Source: Gammaproteobacteria bacterium (GTDB taxonomy: Bacteria > Pseudomonadota > Gammaproteobacteria > GCA-001735895). From it: a stretch of DNA of 60,666 nucleotides. The notes under the pieces are model-generated. The model searched no databases. It was not told the DNA's origin and worked only from the letters and a program-made list of their open reading frames with translations. Where the stretch lies: assembly GCA_041688005.1 (NCBI GenBank), contig JBDNJA010000228.1, positions 1 to 60,666 on the forward strand, read 5' to 3'. Below are positions 1 to 10,381 of the stretch, piece after piece (positions within the stretch are counted from its first letter, which is position 1; each line of letters starts with the position of its first letter). Made by a program: the position numbers and the translations under genes.

Positions 1-7
1 TACTAAA

Positions 8-667
8 ATGCACCAGGCAGCCACTATGCTGATGGCCGTCTATAACCATTTTCAGCAAAGTGTTCTCATAGTGACTGACAGTTGGTTTGGAAACGACGGA
101 CTTTGGTCTCGATTAGATCGCGGTCAAAACGGTGCCTTTCACCTACTCTCTCGCTTACGCACTAATATCACGCTATATGACCTGGCTCCTGTGATAAAAG
201 AAGGCACGAAGAATAAGCGTGGTCGCCCCAGAAAATACGGTAAGCGTCTCGGTAGTGCTGATGAGTGCGCCACCGCTTACCGGAAGAAAGCACAGACCGA
301 CCTCAGTCTTTCTGTTGAACAGATGATTGAATTCTACGGTGCACGCTGGAAGATTGAAGCAGGGTTCAAGGAGATCAAGCAGGAGATAGGCAGTGCCAGA
401 TCACAAACGCGCAATGCGGATGCGGTGAATAATCACTTGAATTTTTGTATGATGGCCACGACATTGACCTGGGTTTATGCGGATCGATTGCAAACAGAAC
501 CGGATCGTCGACATAAGATCAGGGGACGAGCCAGTTTTGCTTTTTCCGATGTGAGAAGGATCATTGCAGAAGCAGCATTGGATTCGAATTTTCAATCGAT
601 TTGCCCACGCCCTACTCAAACAGCGCAAAATTCATTTATCAAAACGCTATTGCGCATGGTGGCTTGA
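8..667 (+). CDS. IS4/IS701-like DDE transposase, C-terminal part (5-prime end lies outside the window)
   Basis: The ORF is open from the window edge. It contains TDSWF (second catalytic Asp region) and YGARWKIEAGFKEIKQ, which is the Y-x2-R-x3-E-x6-K signature of IS4-type DDE transposases. Confidence 0.7.
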   Translation: MHQAATMLMAVYNHFQQSVLIVTDSWFGNDGLWSRLDRGQNGAFHLLSRLRTNITLYDLAPVIKEGTKNKRGRPRKYGKRLGSADECATAYRKKAQTDLSLSVEQMIEFYGARWKIEAGFKEIKQEIGSARSQTRNADAVNNHLNFCMMATTLTWVYADRLQTEPDRRHKIRGRASFAFSDVRRIIAEAALDSNFQSICPRPTQTAQNSFIKTLLRMVA

Positions 668-729
668 TAACACGATAATCTGGGGCGTGAAATTCCTAGG
701 AAACTTCAGTTTTCTTAAGTGACCTTTCT

Positions 730-2286
730 TTAAAGCGGCGCTCCTCGCTGAAATACAGTCGCTAATTTTTTAATGGATACGTCAATCTGCTCTGGTGTAA
801 TGCAGCCAAATCCTAACGCTATCCCCTTCTCACTTACCGCTTCACAGCAATAGTTATTGAGCTGTCGCACCAATATATTTTCTAGTAACGCACTCTCTGC
901 AATCCCCTGCTCACTGTGAGATTGTTTAAACAGTGCTAACAAATGAAAGCCGGTACTCGTGGGTATAGGCGCTAAATATTCGTTTAAATCCCGCTCAATC
1001 CCATGAGTAATTGCTTGATAACGCTCTAAATACAATTTTTTGCTGCGCCGAATATGCGTGGCAAAATACCCCGCTTTAATAAACTCTGCCAGTGCTGCTT
1101 GGATAGGCAGCGGCACCGCAGCCAAGAAGCTATTGATCACGTTATCGATGCTATTCACTAAATGTTTGGGCACCACAAAATAGCCTAATCGCAGGGCTGG
1201 AAAAATCGTTTTACTAAACGTTCCCACGGTGATGACGCGCTGCGCTTGAGATAGCGAAAAAAGTGTGGGTAAAGGCTCGTGATGATAAAAAAGCTCTCCG
1301 TCGTAATCATCCTCTATCACCCAAGCGTTAGCTTGATCAGCGGCTTTAAGTAATGCTAAGCGCCTTGCTAAACCTAGTAATACGCCGCGTGGCTGCTGAT
1401 GAGAGGGAGTGACCGTCGCTACTTTGAAATCGAGTGATAACTTTTGTGCGGATTCAACATCGAACCCTTCGTTATCAACGGGCACGGGAATCAACACCGG
1501 CTCACTTTGTAGTAATCCGTTACGCGCCACTCGAGAACCTGGGTTTTCAATCCATACTTTATCACCTGGATCGATGAGTAACTGCGCTAAAAAACTAAAG
1601 GCTTGATGCGCACCGCTGGTGATATAAATTTGCTCGGCATCACAAACCATGCCGCGATCGGCGTGTAAGTGGCTGGAAATTGCTTGGCGCAATGCGCGTG
1701 AGCCCTTACTAGAATTATAGCGAGTGAGATTTGGCAGGCGCGAGTGTTTCGCCACCAGCCTTGCCCATACAGGTAGCGGAAAAGCATCGATTGCCGGAAT
1801 AGCGGTAGAAAAAGATTGCTGCACACTATGCGAAATTGGCATCGGTAACTGCTGTGCTTTTTTTAAAAAAGATTGCGATACTTTTGGTAAAGGCAATACT
1901 GAAGACGAAGCTAATTCTGCTGAAGTTCCCTGCATCGATTGGTCAGGTTCGGGAGCATCAGTATTTGCTTTCTTTGACTTGCGCCTAGCAGGTTGCAACA
2001 GTTGCTGTTGTTGATAAAAAACATCTTTAACAAAGCTGCCGGAGCCCGTTTTTGACACGACCAACCCTTCACTGGTTAAGCGATCAAAAACATAAATTAC
2101 CGTGGTGCGAGATATTTCTAACTCTAATGCCAGCACCCTTGAAGCGGGTAGGCGCTCTCCCTCGGCTAAACTGCCATTTAAGATCATGTCCCGCAGTTTG
2201 CTATACAGCTGATACTGCAAACTTTGGCTTTTGGTTTTCTTAAGCTTAATTGAGCTAAGTAGCGATCCGCCTTTACTTTTTGCCAT
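730..2286 (-). CDS. MocR-family regulator (GntR-type HTH fused to a PLP aminotransferase-like domain)
   Basis: The N-terminal winged HTH (YQLYSKLRDMILNGSLAEGERLPASRVLALELEISRTTV) is joined by a long linker to a fold-type I aminotransferase-like domain (GTFSKTIFPALRLGY lysine region). The ORF track runs to 2385, but the ATG at 2286 (MAKSKGG) is preferred. It is divergent from the enzyme cluster. Confidence 0.8.
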   Translation of the reverse strand: MAKSKGGSLLSSIKLKKTKSQSLQYQLYSKLRDMILNGSLAEGERLPASRVLALELEISRTTVIYVFDRLTSEGLVVSKTGSGSFVKDVFYQQQQLLQPARRKSKKANTDAPEPDQSMQGTSAELASSSVLPLPKVSQSFLKKAQQLPMPISHSVQQSFSTAIPAIDAFPLPVWARLVAKHSRLPNLTRYNSSKGSRALRQAISSHLHADRGMVCDAEQIYITSGAHQAFSFLAQLLIDPGDKVWIENPGSRVARNGLLQSEPVLIPVPVDNEGFDVESAQKLSLDFKVATVTPSHQQPRGVLLGLARRLALLKAADQANAWVIEDDYDGELFYHHEPLPTLFSLSQAQRVITVGTFSKTIFPALRLGYFVVPKHLVNSIDNVINSFLAAVPLPIQAALAEFIKAGYFATHIRRSKKLYLERYQAITHGIERDLNEYLAPIPTSTGFHLLALFKQSHSEQGIAESALLENILVRQLNNYCCEAVSEKGIALGFGCITPEQIDVSIKKLATVFQRGAPL

Positions 2287-2617
2287 ATTTGGTTTTACCT
2301 CATTGAGATCACAGCATAACTTATCCGGAGGGCATGATAACTGCGCTCGGTTATTCTGCGTTAAAAACCGGCTTAAGATGCTCATTTATAAATATAATAC
2401 CCATAAACAGGGGCACACTGACTCCGCTATTTGCCGATTTTTCCTTGCCTAACTTTATCTCGATACGTTATGCAGAGATCTCTAAATATAAAAAATCAGC
2501 CAGCTTTAAGATACAAAACAATAATTGGTATGATAAACAGTATCTAAATGGCTATTTCTATTATTCCAATTTAGCTGCATTATTCACGAAATTGTCACTA
2601 TATCAAGGAGTGAATAA

Positions 2618-3730
2618 ATGAAAATTTCGAAGATAGAAACTTTTACAACCACTGATCTGGGTCTCGTTAGAGTCACCACCGACACGGGGCACCAAGGTTG
2701 GGGGCAAGTCTCTACCTACCATTCAGACATCAGCTGCACCGTATTACATCGCCAAGTAGCTCCTTGGGTTTTAGGACGTGATATCAGTGATTTAACGAGG
2801 ATTGGTGATGTGTTTGATGTAGTATTTGAGCGCGAGCATAAATTCCCAGGCTCTTATGTGTGCCGCGCTGTAGGGGGTGTTGATACCGCTATTTGGGATT
2901 TACACGGCAAGCTTGAAAACAAATCAGTTTGTGAATTACTTGGCGGTACGCCTAAGCCAATTCGAGTATATGCCTCAAGCATGAAGCGTGACATAACCGG
3001 CCAGCAAGAAGCTGATCGCTTTGCTAGATTACGTGATATTCACGGTTATGATGCATTTAAGTTTCGCATCGGTGCTGAATGTGGTCGTAATCAAGATGAG
3101 TGGCCAGGACGCACAGAAGAGATAGTGACAGCAGTACGCAAAACCTTAGGCGATGATGTTGAGCTACTAGTCGACGGCAACAGCTGCTATCGACCAAAAA
3201 CTGCGATAGAAGTAGGCAAGTTATTAGAAGATAACGGTATAAACCATTTTGAAGAGCCCTGCCCTTATTGGGAATACGAGTGGACGAAACAAGTGACTGA
3301 TGCGCTGACTCTAAATGTCACAGGTGGCGAGCAAGATAACAATTTAGCGTTATGGAAAAAAATGATTGATGAGGATACCGTCGACATTTACCAACCTGAT
3401 ATTTGTTATATGGGCGGAATAGAGCGCACCATGCGCGTGGTCGATATGGCGCAAAAAACCGGTAAAATCATTACCCCACATGCCGCTAATATGTCATTGG
3501 TGACTATCTTCACGCTGCACTTAATGGGTGCGATTGAAAACGCTGGCCCTTATGTTGAGTTCTCTATTGAAGAGGCCGATTACTATCCATGGCAGTATGG
3601 TATTTACGGTGACTTCCCAGTCGCGAAAGGTGGCAAAGTACAAATTCCACAAGGGCCGGGTTGGGGTGTTAATATTCGTGATTCTTGGTTAAACAAAAGC
3701 CTGTATCAATGCAGCGAATGGGAGCGGTAA
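2618..3730 (+). CDS. Enolase-superfamily enzyme (mandelate racemase / muconate lactonizing enzyme family)
   Basis: It has the typical N-terminal capping domain (KIETFTT...VRVTTDTGHQGWG) and barrel-domain metal-ligand pattern (LLVDGNS, FEEPC, GGEQ, YQPD). The AGGAG RBS lies just upstream. Confidence 0.8.
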   Translation: MKISKIETFTTTDLGLVRVTTDTGHQGWGQVSTYHSDISCTVLHRQVAPWVLGRDISDLTRIGDVFDVVFEREHKFPGSYVCRAVGGVDTAIWDLHGKLENKSVCELLGGTPKPIRVYASSMKRDITGQQEADRFARLRDIHGYDAFKFRIGAECGRNQDEWPGRTEEIVTAVRKTLGDDVELLVDGNSCYRPKTAIEVGKLLEDNGINHFEEPCPYWEYEWTKQVTDALTLNVTGGEQDNNLALWKKMIDEDTVDIYQPDICYMGGIERTMRVVDMAQKTGKIITPHAANMSLVTIFTLHLMGAIENAGPYVEFSIEEADYYPWQYGIYGDFPVAKGGKVQIPQGPGWGVNIRDSWLNKSLYQCSEWER

Positions 3731-3732
3731 TT

Positions 3733-5217
3733 ATGTCGACACTTGCGCAACAAGTCCTTGATGGCGTGCCTTTAAAAGATATTCCTGATACGCATTTTAT
3801 CGATGGATCATTCACTGCTAATGTCGATAATACCAATGAAAAAATCGCCAGCTATGATCCAGGCAATAGTGAAATTTGGCATCACATTAGTGCGGGCAAA
3901 GCAGCAGACGCTGAACAGGCGATTAATAGTGCCCAACAAGCCTTTAGTCAATGGTGTGATACCGCCCCTGCCGCACGGGCGAAAATTTTACGTGATAGCG
4001 CAGACTTAATCGCACAGCACAGTGAAAAACTAGCGGTGGTTGAAGCGTTAGATAGTGGTAAATCGTTAATCGATGCACAATCTGATATCGGTTCAGTACA
4101 AAAATATTTGCACTATTACGCCGGCGCTGCTGACAAATTAGAAGGGCGAACAATTCCGCTAGGGCCTGATTTCCTATCGATGAATTTGATTGAGCCAGTT
4201 GGTGTTACCGCACACATAATTCCATGGAATTTTCCGATATCGACCATGATGCGCGGCGTAGCTCCTGCTTTAGCTGCGGGTTGCACCGCGGTAGTTAAAC
4301 CTGCTGAAACGACTTCGGTTAGCGCATTGATGGTTGCACAGCTTATGCATCAAGCAGGATTACCGGCAGGCGTTTGTAATGTCGTGACAGGCTATGGAGG
4401 CGAACTTGGCTCAACGCTTTGCCAGCATAATGATGTACGTCATATTACGTTTACAGGCTCAGTAGCTACCGGTTCAAAAGTGATGGAGATGGCGGCTAAA
4501 AACATCGCAAGTCTTACTTTAGAGCTCGGTGGTAAATCCCCCGCTATCGTTTTGGCAGATGCCGATATAGATGCTGCCGCTGAAGATTTTGTCATGGCTA
4601 TTTATGAGAATTCTGGGCAAGTTTGCTCGGCGGGTTCTCGTCTAATTATCGACAGATCTGTACATCAAGAATTTTTAGCTAAGTTCATGAGTAAAGCACG
4701 TATGTTAGTGTTAGGTCATGCTTTGCGCAGCCCTGATATCGGCTCAATAAACAGCACCGCACAGCTGCAAAAAATTAGCGCTTTTGTGGATAACGCCCGT
4801 GCTCGCGGCTTAGATATCATCATGGGTGGCAACGCCATTGGCGATCCGCTGACCGGTAACGGCTGGTTTTATGAGCCTACTATTATTGATGATGTGCAAT
4901 TAGGAGATTCTATTGTTCAGCAAGAAATATTTGGGCCGGTATTGGCAGTGCAAATTGTTGATAGTGCAGAGCAAGCACTGAGCTTCGCTAACGGCACTGA
5001 TTTTGGTTTGGCCGCTTGTGTATATAGCCGTGATATCAGTAGCGCACTGAAAATGGCTAGGGATCTAGATGCAGGTGTGATTACCGTCAACCAGTATTAT
5101 GCAGGAGGTGTATCGACACCTTTTGGCGGCAATAAGAAATCGGGCTTTGGTCGCGAAAAGGGCTTAACAGCACTAGAGGCTTATACTAGAGTTAAGAGTT
5201 TGACGATTAAGTTATAA
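3733..5217 (+). CDS. NAD(P)-dependent aldehyde dehydrogenase
   Basis: ALDH-family motifs are present: IIPWNFP, FTGSVATG, ELGGKSP and the catalytic Cys region NSGQVCSAGSR. The ATG at 3733 is preferred over the overlapping 3685 start in the ORF track. Confidence 0.9.
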   Translation: MSTLAQQVLDGVPLKDIPDTHFIDGSFTANVDNTNEKIASYDPGNSEIWHHISAGKAADAEQAINSAQQAFSQWCDTAPAARAKILRDSADLIAQHSEKLAVVEALDSGKSLIDAQSDIGSVQKYLHYYAGAADKLEGRTIPLGPDFLSMNLIEPVGVTAHIIPWNFPISTMMRGVAPALAAGCTAVVKPAETTSVSALMVAQLMHQAGLPAGVCNVVTGYGGELGSTLCQHNDVRHITFTGSVATGSKVMEMAAKNIASLTLELGGKSPAIVLADADIDAAAEDFVMAIYENSGQVCSAGSRLIIDRSVHQEFLAKFMSKARMLVLGHALRSPDIGSINSTAQLQKISAFVDNARARGLDIIMGGNAIGDPLTGNGWFYEPTIIDDVQLGDSIVQQEIFGPVLAVQIVDSAEQALSFANGTDFGLAACVYSRDISSALKMARDLDAGVITVNQYYAGGVSTPFGGNKKSGFGREKGLTALEAYTRVKSLTIKL

Positions 5218-5289
5218 CTACAAACTTAATCAGTGTTTTGGGTATTTGTTACTTTAGCCATATATAACTAATAATAAGGAGATTGATAG

Positions 5290-6645
5290 ATGAGCGCACA
5301 GCAGTTAAGTACGGATCCTTGGTGGTGGATGGATGTACCTCGAACAGGTGAATTACTGGTCGATTTACCTAAATCTGTTGATGTGCTAGTAGTCGGTTCT
5401 GGTTATACCGGTTTGCATGCTGCACTGGTTGCGGCAAGAGCCGGTAAAAGTGTGTTAGTGCTGGATGCTCAAGCGTTAGGGTTTGGTTGTAGCTCTCGCA
5501 ACGGCGGGCAAATAAGTCGTAGCGTTAAGCCTACCGTTGATATGTTGACCAAACGCCATTCTAAAGATTTGGCACTTCGTATTCATCGCGAAGGGCAAGC
5601 GTCACTTAACTGGATAGAATCTTTTATTACTCAAGAACAGCTCGCTTGCGATTTTGCTCGTTGCGGACGCTTTCACGCGGCACATAACAGCAGCGCTCTG
5701 GAGAAGTTAAAATGCAGTATTGAAGCTGAATATGATGAATTTAAAACAGGTGCTCTGTTGATCGATAAAGCTGATCAGCACCGTTATATAGATACCGATG
5801 AATATGTTGGTGGTGCTTTTTTCCCCGAACACGCAAGCTTGCATCCTGCTAAATACCACCAGCAATTGCTGAGTTTAGTCAATCAAGCTGGTGCGCTAAC
5901 TATCGGCTATTGCCCAGTATTAAAAATCGATGGCGATGGCAGAACAGGCAGCGCTTATCAAGTTTCAACTAAGCTAGGAGCTGTGAGTGCGAGCCAAGTA
6001 GTGGTTGCTACTAACGGCTATTCTGATAACGCATTTATCGAAAACAACAATGCTTGGCTGCAAAAAAGAGTGATTCCTATTGGCAGTTACATGATAGCAA
6101 CGCAAGAGATAGATCCAGATATTATTAGCCAATTACTACCTAGCCAGTGCATCATCAGTGATAGTCGCAAAGTAGTACATTACTATCGTAAATCTGCTGA
6201 TGGTAAGCGAGTAATCTTTGGCGGTCGAGTTTCAAGCGCAGAGATTGATCCCGTTGATAGTGCGCCGTTATTAAAAGCAGAATTAGATCGTTTACTACCC
6301 TCTTTAGTCGACTTTAAAGTCAGCCATAGTTGGTCAGGTAAAGTTGCTTATACTTTTGATGAGTTACCCCATATTGGTCAACAGCAAGGTAAACATTACG
6401 CGATGGGATATTGTGGCGCAGGCGTGGGTATGGCCAGCTACTTAGGGATGAAGCTCGGTCATCAAGTTTTAGCTTGTATTAAAGGGGAAAGCACTCAAGG
6501 GAAAAGTGCTGAAGGTAAAAGCCTTCAAGATGCTAGTGCATTTAGTGAAATCAAATTTCAAACTCGCCCTCTGTATTCAGGCAACCCTTGGTTTTTAGCG
6601 CCCTCTGTCGCCTATTATCGCTTGCGAGATAAACTCAATATGTAG
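5290..6645 (+). CDS. FAD-dependent oxidoreductase (DAO / amine-oxidase-like family)
   Basis: N-terminal dinucleotide fold VDVLVVGSGYTGLHAALVAARAGKSVLVLD. The length and C-terminal half are typical of DadA/PuuB-like flavoenzymes. Confidence 0.75.
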   Translation: MSAQQLSTDPWWWMDVPRTGELLVDLPKSVDVLVVGSGYTGLHAALVAARAGKSVLVLDAQALGFGCSSRNGGQISRSVKPTVDMLTKRHSKDLALRIHREGQASLNWIESFITQEQLACDFARCGRFHAAHNSSALEKLKCSIEAEYDEFKTGALLIDKADQHRYIDTDEYVGGAFFPEHASLHPAKYHQQLLSLVNQAGALTIGYCPVLKIDGDGRTGSAYQVSTKLGAVSASQVVVATNGYSDNAFIENNNAWLQKRVIPIGSYMIATQEIDPDIISQLLPSQCIISDSRKVVHYYRKSADGKRVIFGGRVSSAEIDPVDSAPLLKAELDRLLPSLVDFKVSHSWSGKVAYTFDELPHIGQQQGKHYAMGYCGAGVGMASYLGMKLGHQVLACIKGESTQGKSAEGKSLQDASAFSEIKFQTRPLYSGNPWFLAPSVAYYRLRDKLNM

Positions 6646-6717
6646 CGGTTAATGGGTTATCTAACGTGTTCTTCTTAAAAAATAATTCTATATTCTATAT
6701 ATACTATTGGAGTAACA

Positions 6718-8373
6718 ATGGTAGATCAGCAAACTAATTTCGACTTTTTGATCATTGGTGCAGGCTCTGCAGGGTGTGTATTAGCGAATCGTTTAAGTGA
6801 ATCAGGCAAGCATAATGTGTGCGTACTTGAAGCAGGCGGCTCTGATGCTCGGTTTTGGATACAGGTGCCGATTGGTTACGGTAAAACTTACTATCAAAAA
6901 GCGGTTAACTGGATGTTTGAAACCGTGCCGCAAGCTGGCCTAAATAACAAAACTAGTTACTGGCCAAGGGGCAAAGTATTAGGTGGCTCAAGCGCTATCA
7001 ACGCTATGGTGCACATTCGCGGTAATAAAAAAGATTACGATGATTGGGCAGCATTGGGTAACAGCGGTTGGAGTTATGAAGAAGTACTGCCTTATTTTAA
7101 AAAATCTGAAACAGCGCAAAGCGGTGATGCAAAATACCGCGGCAAATCAGGCCCTTGGTATATCTCTGATGTTAGCGCTGACATGCATCCAATGACAGAA
7201 ACTTGGATAGCCGCCGGTCAAGAGCTCGGTATTGAGTACAACAGCGACTTTAATGGCAAGCAACAGCAAGGTATTGGCCGCTATCAGCAAAATACCAAAA
7301 ATGGCTTTCGTATGTCTGCGGCCAAAGCTTATTTACACCCAGTTAAAAAGCGCAAAAATTTAACCATTATTTGCCGCGCTCATGTTACGCGTATTTTGTT
7401 TGATGGCAAAAAGGCTATTGGGGTTGAGTATTCACACAAAGGGAAGCTAACAAAAATATTTGCTCGTAAAGAAGTGATTTGCAGCGCTGGTGCGGTGCAA
7501 TCGCCGCAACTATTAATGCTTTCAGGCATCGGCCCCAAGGATCATTTACAACAGCATAATATTGAGCTAATTCATGATAGTCCGCATATTGGCCAACATT
7601 TACAAGATCACTTAGGAGTCGATTTTTTATACAAATGTAATCAACCCACTTTGAATGATGAATTACACAGCAGCTTTGGTAAATTCTGGGCAGGGCTTAA
7701 ATATATAACAATGCGCAAAGGGCCTTGCAGGCTAAGCGTCAACCAAGGCGGTGGTTTTGTCAGCTCTGATGCTGATAATTATAATGAGAATAGTATTGAT
7801 ACAACACAGCCAGATTTGCAGTTGTACTTCTCCCCTGTCAGTTACACCAAAGCACCTGAAAAAAACCGGCCGTTAATGAACCCTGACCCTTTTTCAGCCT
7901 TTTTAATTGGTTACTCCAATTGTCGAGTGAAATCTGAGGGGCAGATAACGCTGGCTAGTAATGATCCTTTTGCAGCACCGGTGATAGACCCTAATTATTT
8001 ATCCCATCCCGATGATATAACACTGATGCTCAAGGGGTCTAAGCTCATGCGCAAATTAGCGCAAACTAAAGCTTTTCAAACAGTGATAACTCAGGAAGTG
8101 CGGCCAGGAGTAGAGTGCCAAACTGACGAGCAACTGATACAAGATATTAAAGATTACGCTTGGACGGTATTTCACCCCTCTTGCACTTGTCGAATGGGAA
8201 AAGATACCACCAACAGCGTAGTTAATACTCGCCTTGCAGTGCATGGCATAGACAACTTGCGCGTGTGCGATACTTCTATTATGCCGTTCTTAGTCTCGGG
8301 TAATACCAATGCACCGACTATTATGATTGCAGAGAAAGGGGCTGATATGATTTTAGAAGATCATAGGTCATAG
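6718..8373 (+). CDS. GMC-family oxidoreductase (choline/alcohol dehydrogenase-like)
   Basis: FDFLIIGAGSAGCVLANRLSE FAD fold, the GMC signature GKVLGGSSAINAMVHIRG, and the C-terminal HPSCTCRMG active-site region. Confidence 0.9.
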   Translation: MVDQQTNFDFLIIGAGSAGCVLANRLSESGKHNVCVLEAGGSDARFWIQVPIGYGKTYYQKAVNWMFETVPQAGLNNKTSYWPRGKVLGGSSAINAMVHIRGNKKDYDDWAALGNSGWSYEEVLPYFKKSETAQSGDAKYRGKSGPWYISDVSADMHPMTETWIAAGQELGIEYNSDFNGKQQQGIGRYQQNTKNGFRMSAAKAYLHPVKKRKNLTIICRAHVTRILFDGKKAIGVEYSHKGKLTKIFARKEVICSAGAVQSPQLLMLSGIGPKDHLQQHNIELIHDSPHIGQHLQDHLGVDFLYKCNQPTLNDELHSSFGKFWAGLKYITMRKGPCRLSVNQGGGFVSSDADNYNENSIDTTQPDLQLYFSPVSYTKAPEKNRPLMNPDPFSAFLIGYSNCRVKSEGQITLASNDPFAAPVIDPNYLSHPDDITLMLKGSKLMRKLAQTKAFQTVITQEVRPGVECQTDEQLIQDIKDYAWTVFHPSCTCRMGKDTTNSVVNTRLAVHGIDNLRVCDTSIMPFLVSGNTNAPTIMIAEKGADMILEDHRS

Positions 8374-8469
8374 GTCATAGGTTTAGAGTAAACGTTGTGG
8401 TTTTAATAGTTTAATCACTAAAGGTATTTATCAATGTCGGGCATTACTATAATCTGGCAAATTATTTTT

Positions 8470-10170
8470 GTAACTATTCAGCAAAATAATGAAAATATAG
8501 CTTGACAGGTTTTTACGTGGAATTGACCCTGTTTCACTGTATTTCTCAACCGATGTAAGATTCCTCCATAAACGTCATTAGATTGCCTGTACAGCGTCAG
8601 GGCATCTTAATTCAACTCCGGCTACCGGCCAAACATAATTTCTTCGCTAAAGGCAGATTAAGGCCTATAAATGAGCCTCCAAAAACCCATGCGATAATAG
8701 CTGCATGGCTAGTAAATCCAAACCCACCGTATCCGTAGAAGGCATCAATATCCAGCAAGCGCTGGACACAACACGTGTCCAACTCGCTCTGGATGATTCC
8801 TTGTCACCTGCGCTTAAGGCCTCCATCGAGACGTTAATTTTAGTTGTCTCGCTGCTCGCAAACCGGCTAAATCTCAATAGTAGCAATAGCAGTAAGCCCC
8901 CCGCCACTGATCTGAACCGAATTAAACCTACGCGTCAAAAGACGGGCAAAAAGCCTGGAGGGCAGACAGGCCACGAAGGAAGCACCTTGCAACCTTATGA
9001 CGATCCCGATTGGCATTACGATCCTTCCTATTGATAGGCGCTCTTTGCCGAAAGGACGCTATCAGGATGCTGGCTTTGAGGCACGCCAAGTGGTGGATAT
9101 AAAGTTCTCACGGATTATCACCGAATACCGAGCGCAGGTTTTGATGAACGATAGTGGACAACGCTTCGTTGCAACTTTTCCTGAGAACATCACCCGACCC
9201 ATTCAATACGGACACCAAATTAAGGCGCACTCGGTTTATTTGTCGCAATTTCAACTGCTACCGTACAAGCGCATTCAGGATTACTTCAAGGATCAATTAG
9301 GCATTCCTTTGAGCACGGGTTCGATTGTCAGCTTCAATGTCGATGCCGCTGCCCGCGTTATTAAATCGGGTGCTGCCGATATCATTCGAAAAAAACTACA
9401 GAGCAGTGCTGTACTTCATGTTGACGAAACTGGGGTGAACATCAATGGAACCCGCCACTGGCTACATTGCGCTTCTACACCATTGTGGACACATTACAGC
9501 GCCCATCGCAAACGCGCCACCGAAGCAATGGATCACGCTGGTGTGATTCCGCCCTATCGAGGGATACTTTGTCACGATCATTGGAAACCATATTACACCT
9601 TTAATAAATGTGAACATTCATTGTGTAATGCTCATCACTTACGTGAATTGGAAAGAGCCTTTGAGCAAGATAATCAGGATTGGGCCAAAAAGATGAAAGC
9701 CTTGCTGCTAGCCATAAATCTAGCGGTTGAGATGCAGGGTGGGTTACTGTCACCCGAAAAAAGTAAGTATTACCGGCGCAGATACAGAGGTATTCTGACG
9801 AAAGGCGATATCGAATCGCCACCCCCCAATGAAGAGCAACGGCCAATCAGCCAACGTGGCCGCATGAAGCGAACAAAATCCCGAAATTTGTTGGAGGGGT
9901 TACGCAAATTTGAGGATGATGTACTGCGCTTCATGGTTGTACTCGAAGTTCCTTTCACCAATAATCGTGGTGAGAACGACATTCGCATGACCAAGGTTCA
10001 GCAGAAAATATCAGGTTGCTTTCGCTCTATGAAAGGAGCTGAAAACTTCTGTGTAACTCGCGGTTATATATCAACCTGCCGCAAGCACGGAGTCACTGCA
10101 AGCGAAGCACTAAAATTGCTATATGAAGGGAAATTGCCGAGTTTTTTTGAGGAAGATGCTGAATAGTTAC
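8470..10170 (+). mobile_element. IS66-family insertion sequence (single-ORF ISBst12-like type), about 1.7 kb
   Basis: Terminal inverted repeats GTAACTATTCAGC (8470-8482) and GCTGAATAGTTAC (10158-10170). The 9-bp direct repeat ATTATTTTT flanks the element (8461-8469 and 10172-10180). It encloses the IS66-type transposase reading frames. Confidence 0.8.
8705..10166 (+). pseudogene. IS66-family transposase split by a frameshift near 9005-9015
   Basis: Two overlapping frames (8705-9034 and 8997-10166) together give about 500 aa. The N-terminal part has LNSSNSSKPPATD and GGQTGHEGSTL, and the C-terminal part has LPKGRYQDAGFEARQVVD, HVDETG and HCASTPLW. The reading frame changes after DDPD. Confidence 0.8.
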
Positions 10171-10381
10171 GATTATTTTTAGCATTAAGTTCCTGTAGTG
10201 CTCCACTATTAGCATCCACTTTTCTTTTTGATCGCCTTTGATCCGTAAAGCGGATATTAATGCCTGTGGCATTTTTACTCTTGGCCAGTAGTCGGCTCAA
10301 TACTCGGATGCCATCATTCAATAAATGGCAATCGCTTGGTGGTGCGATGTTGCTGGCTACGACCGTGCTATTATTTGCCAT
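10171..10381 (-). pseudogene. IS5/IS1182-like transposase remnant, interrupted by the IS66 insertion
   Basis: NSTVVASNIAPPSDCHLLNDGIRVLSRLL matches the conserved DxT-V-x-xNI-x-xPTDxxLLxDxxR block of IS5/IS1182 transposases. The reading frame continues across the IS66 target site into 8430-8469. There is no intact N- or C-terminus. Confidence 0.55.

Noticed and set aside
2386-2617. MocR operator repeats in the MocR/enolase divergent region, and the 95-aa ORF at 2334-2621.
   Set aside because: Only short, weak repeats (AGATAC...GTATCT and one TGGTAT) are visible, without the paired direct repeats expected for MocR sites. The ORF is AT-rich intergenic sequence without a family match.
8997-9034. 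Possibility that the IS66 transposase frame change is a programmed ribosomal frameshift.
   Set aside because: No slippery heptamer or downstream structure is evident at the overlap, and single-ORF IS66-type transposases are normally translated without frameshifting. A mutation or a sequencing error is more likely.
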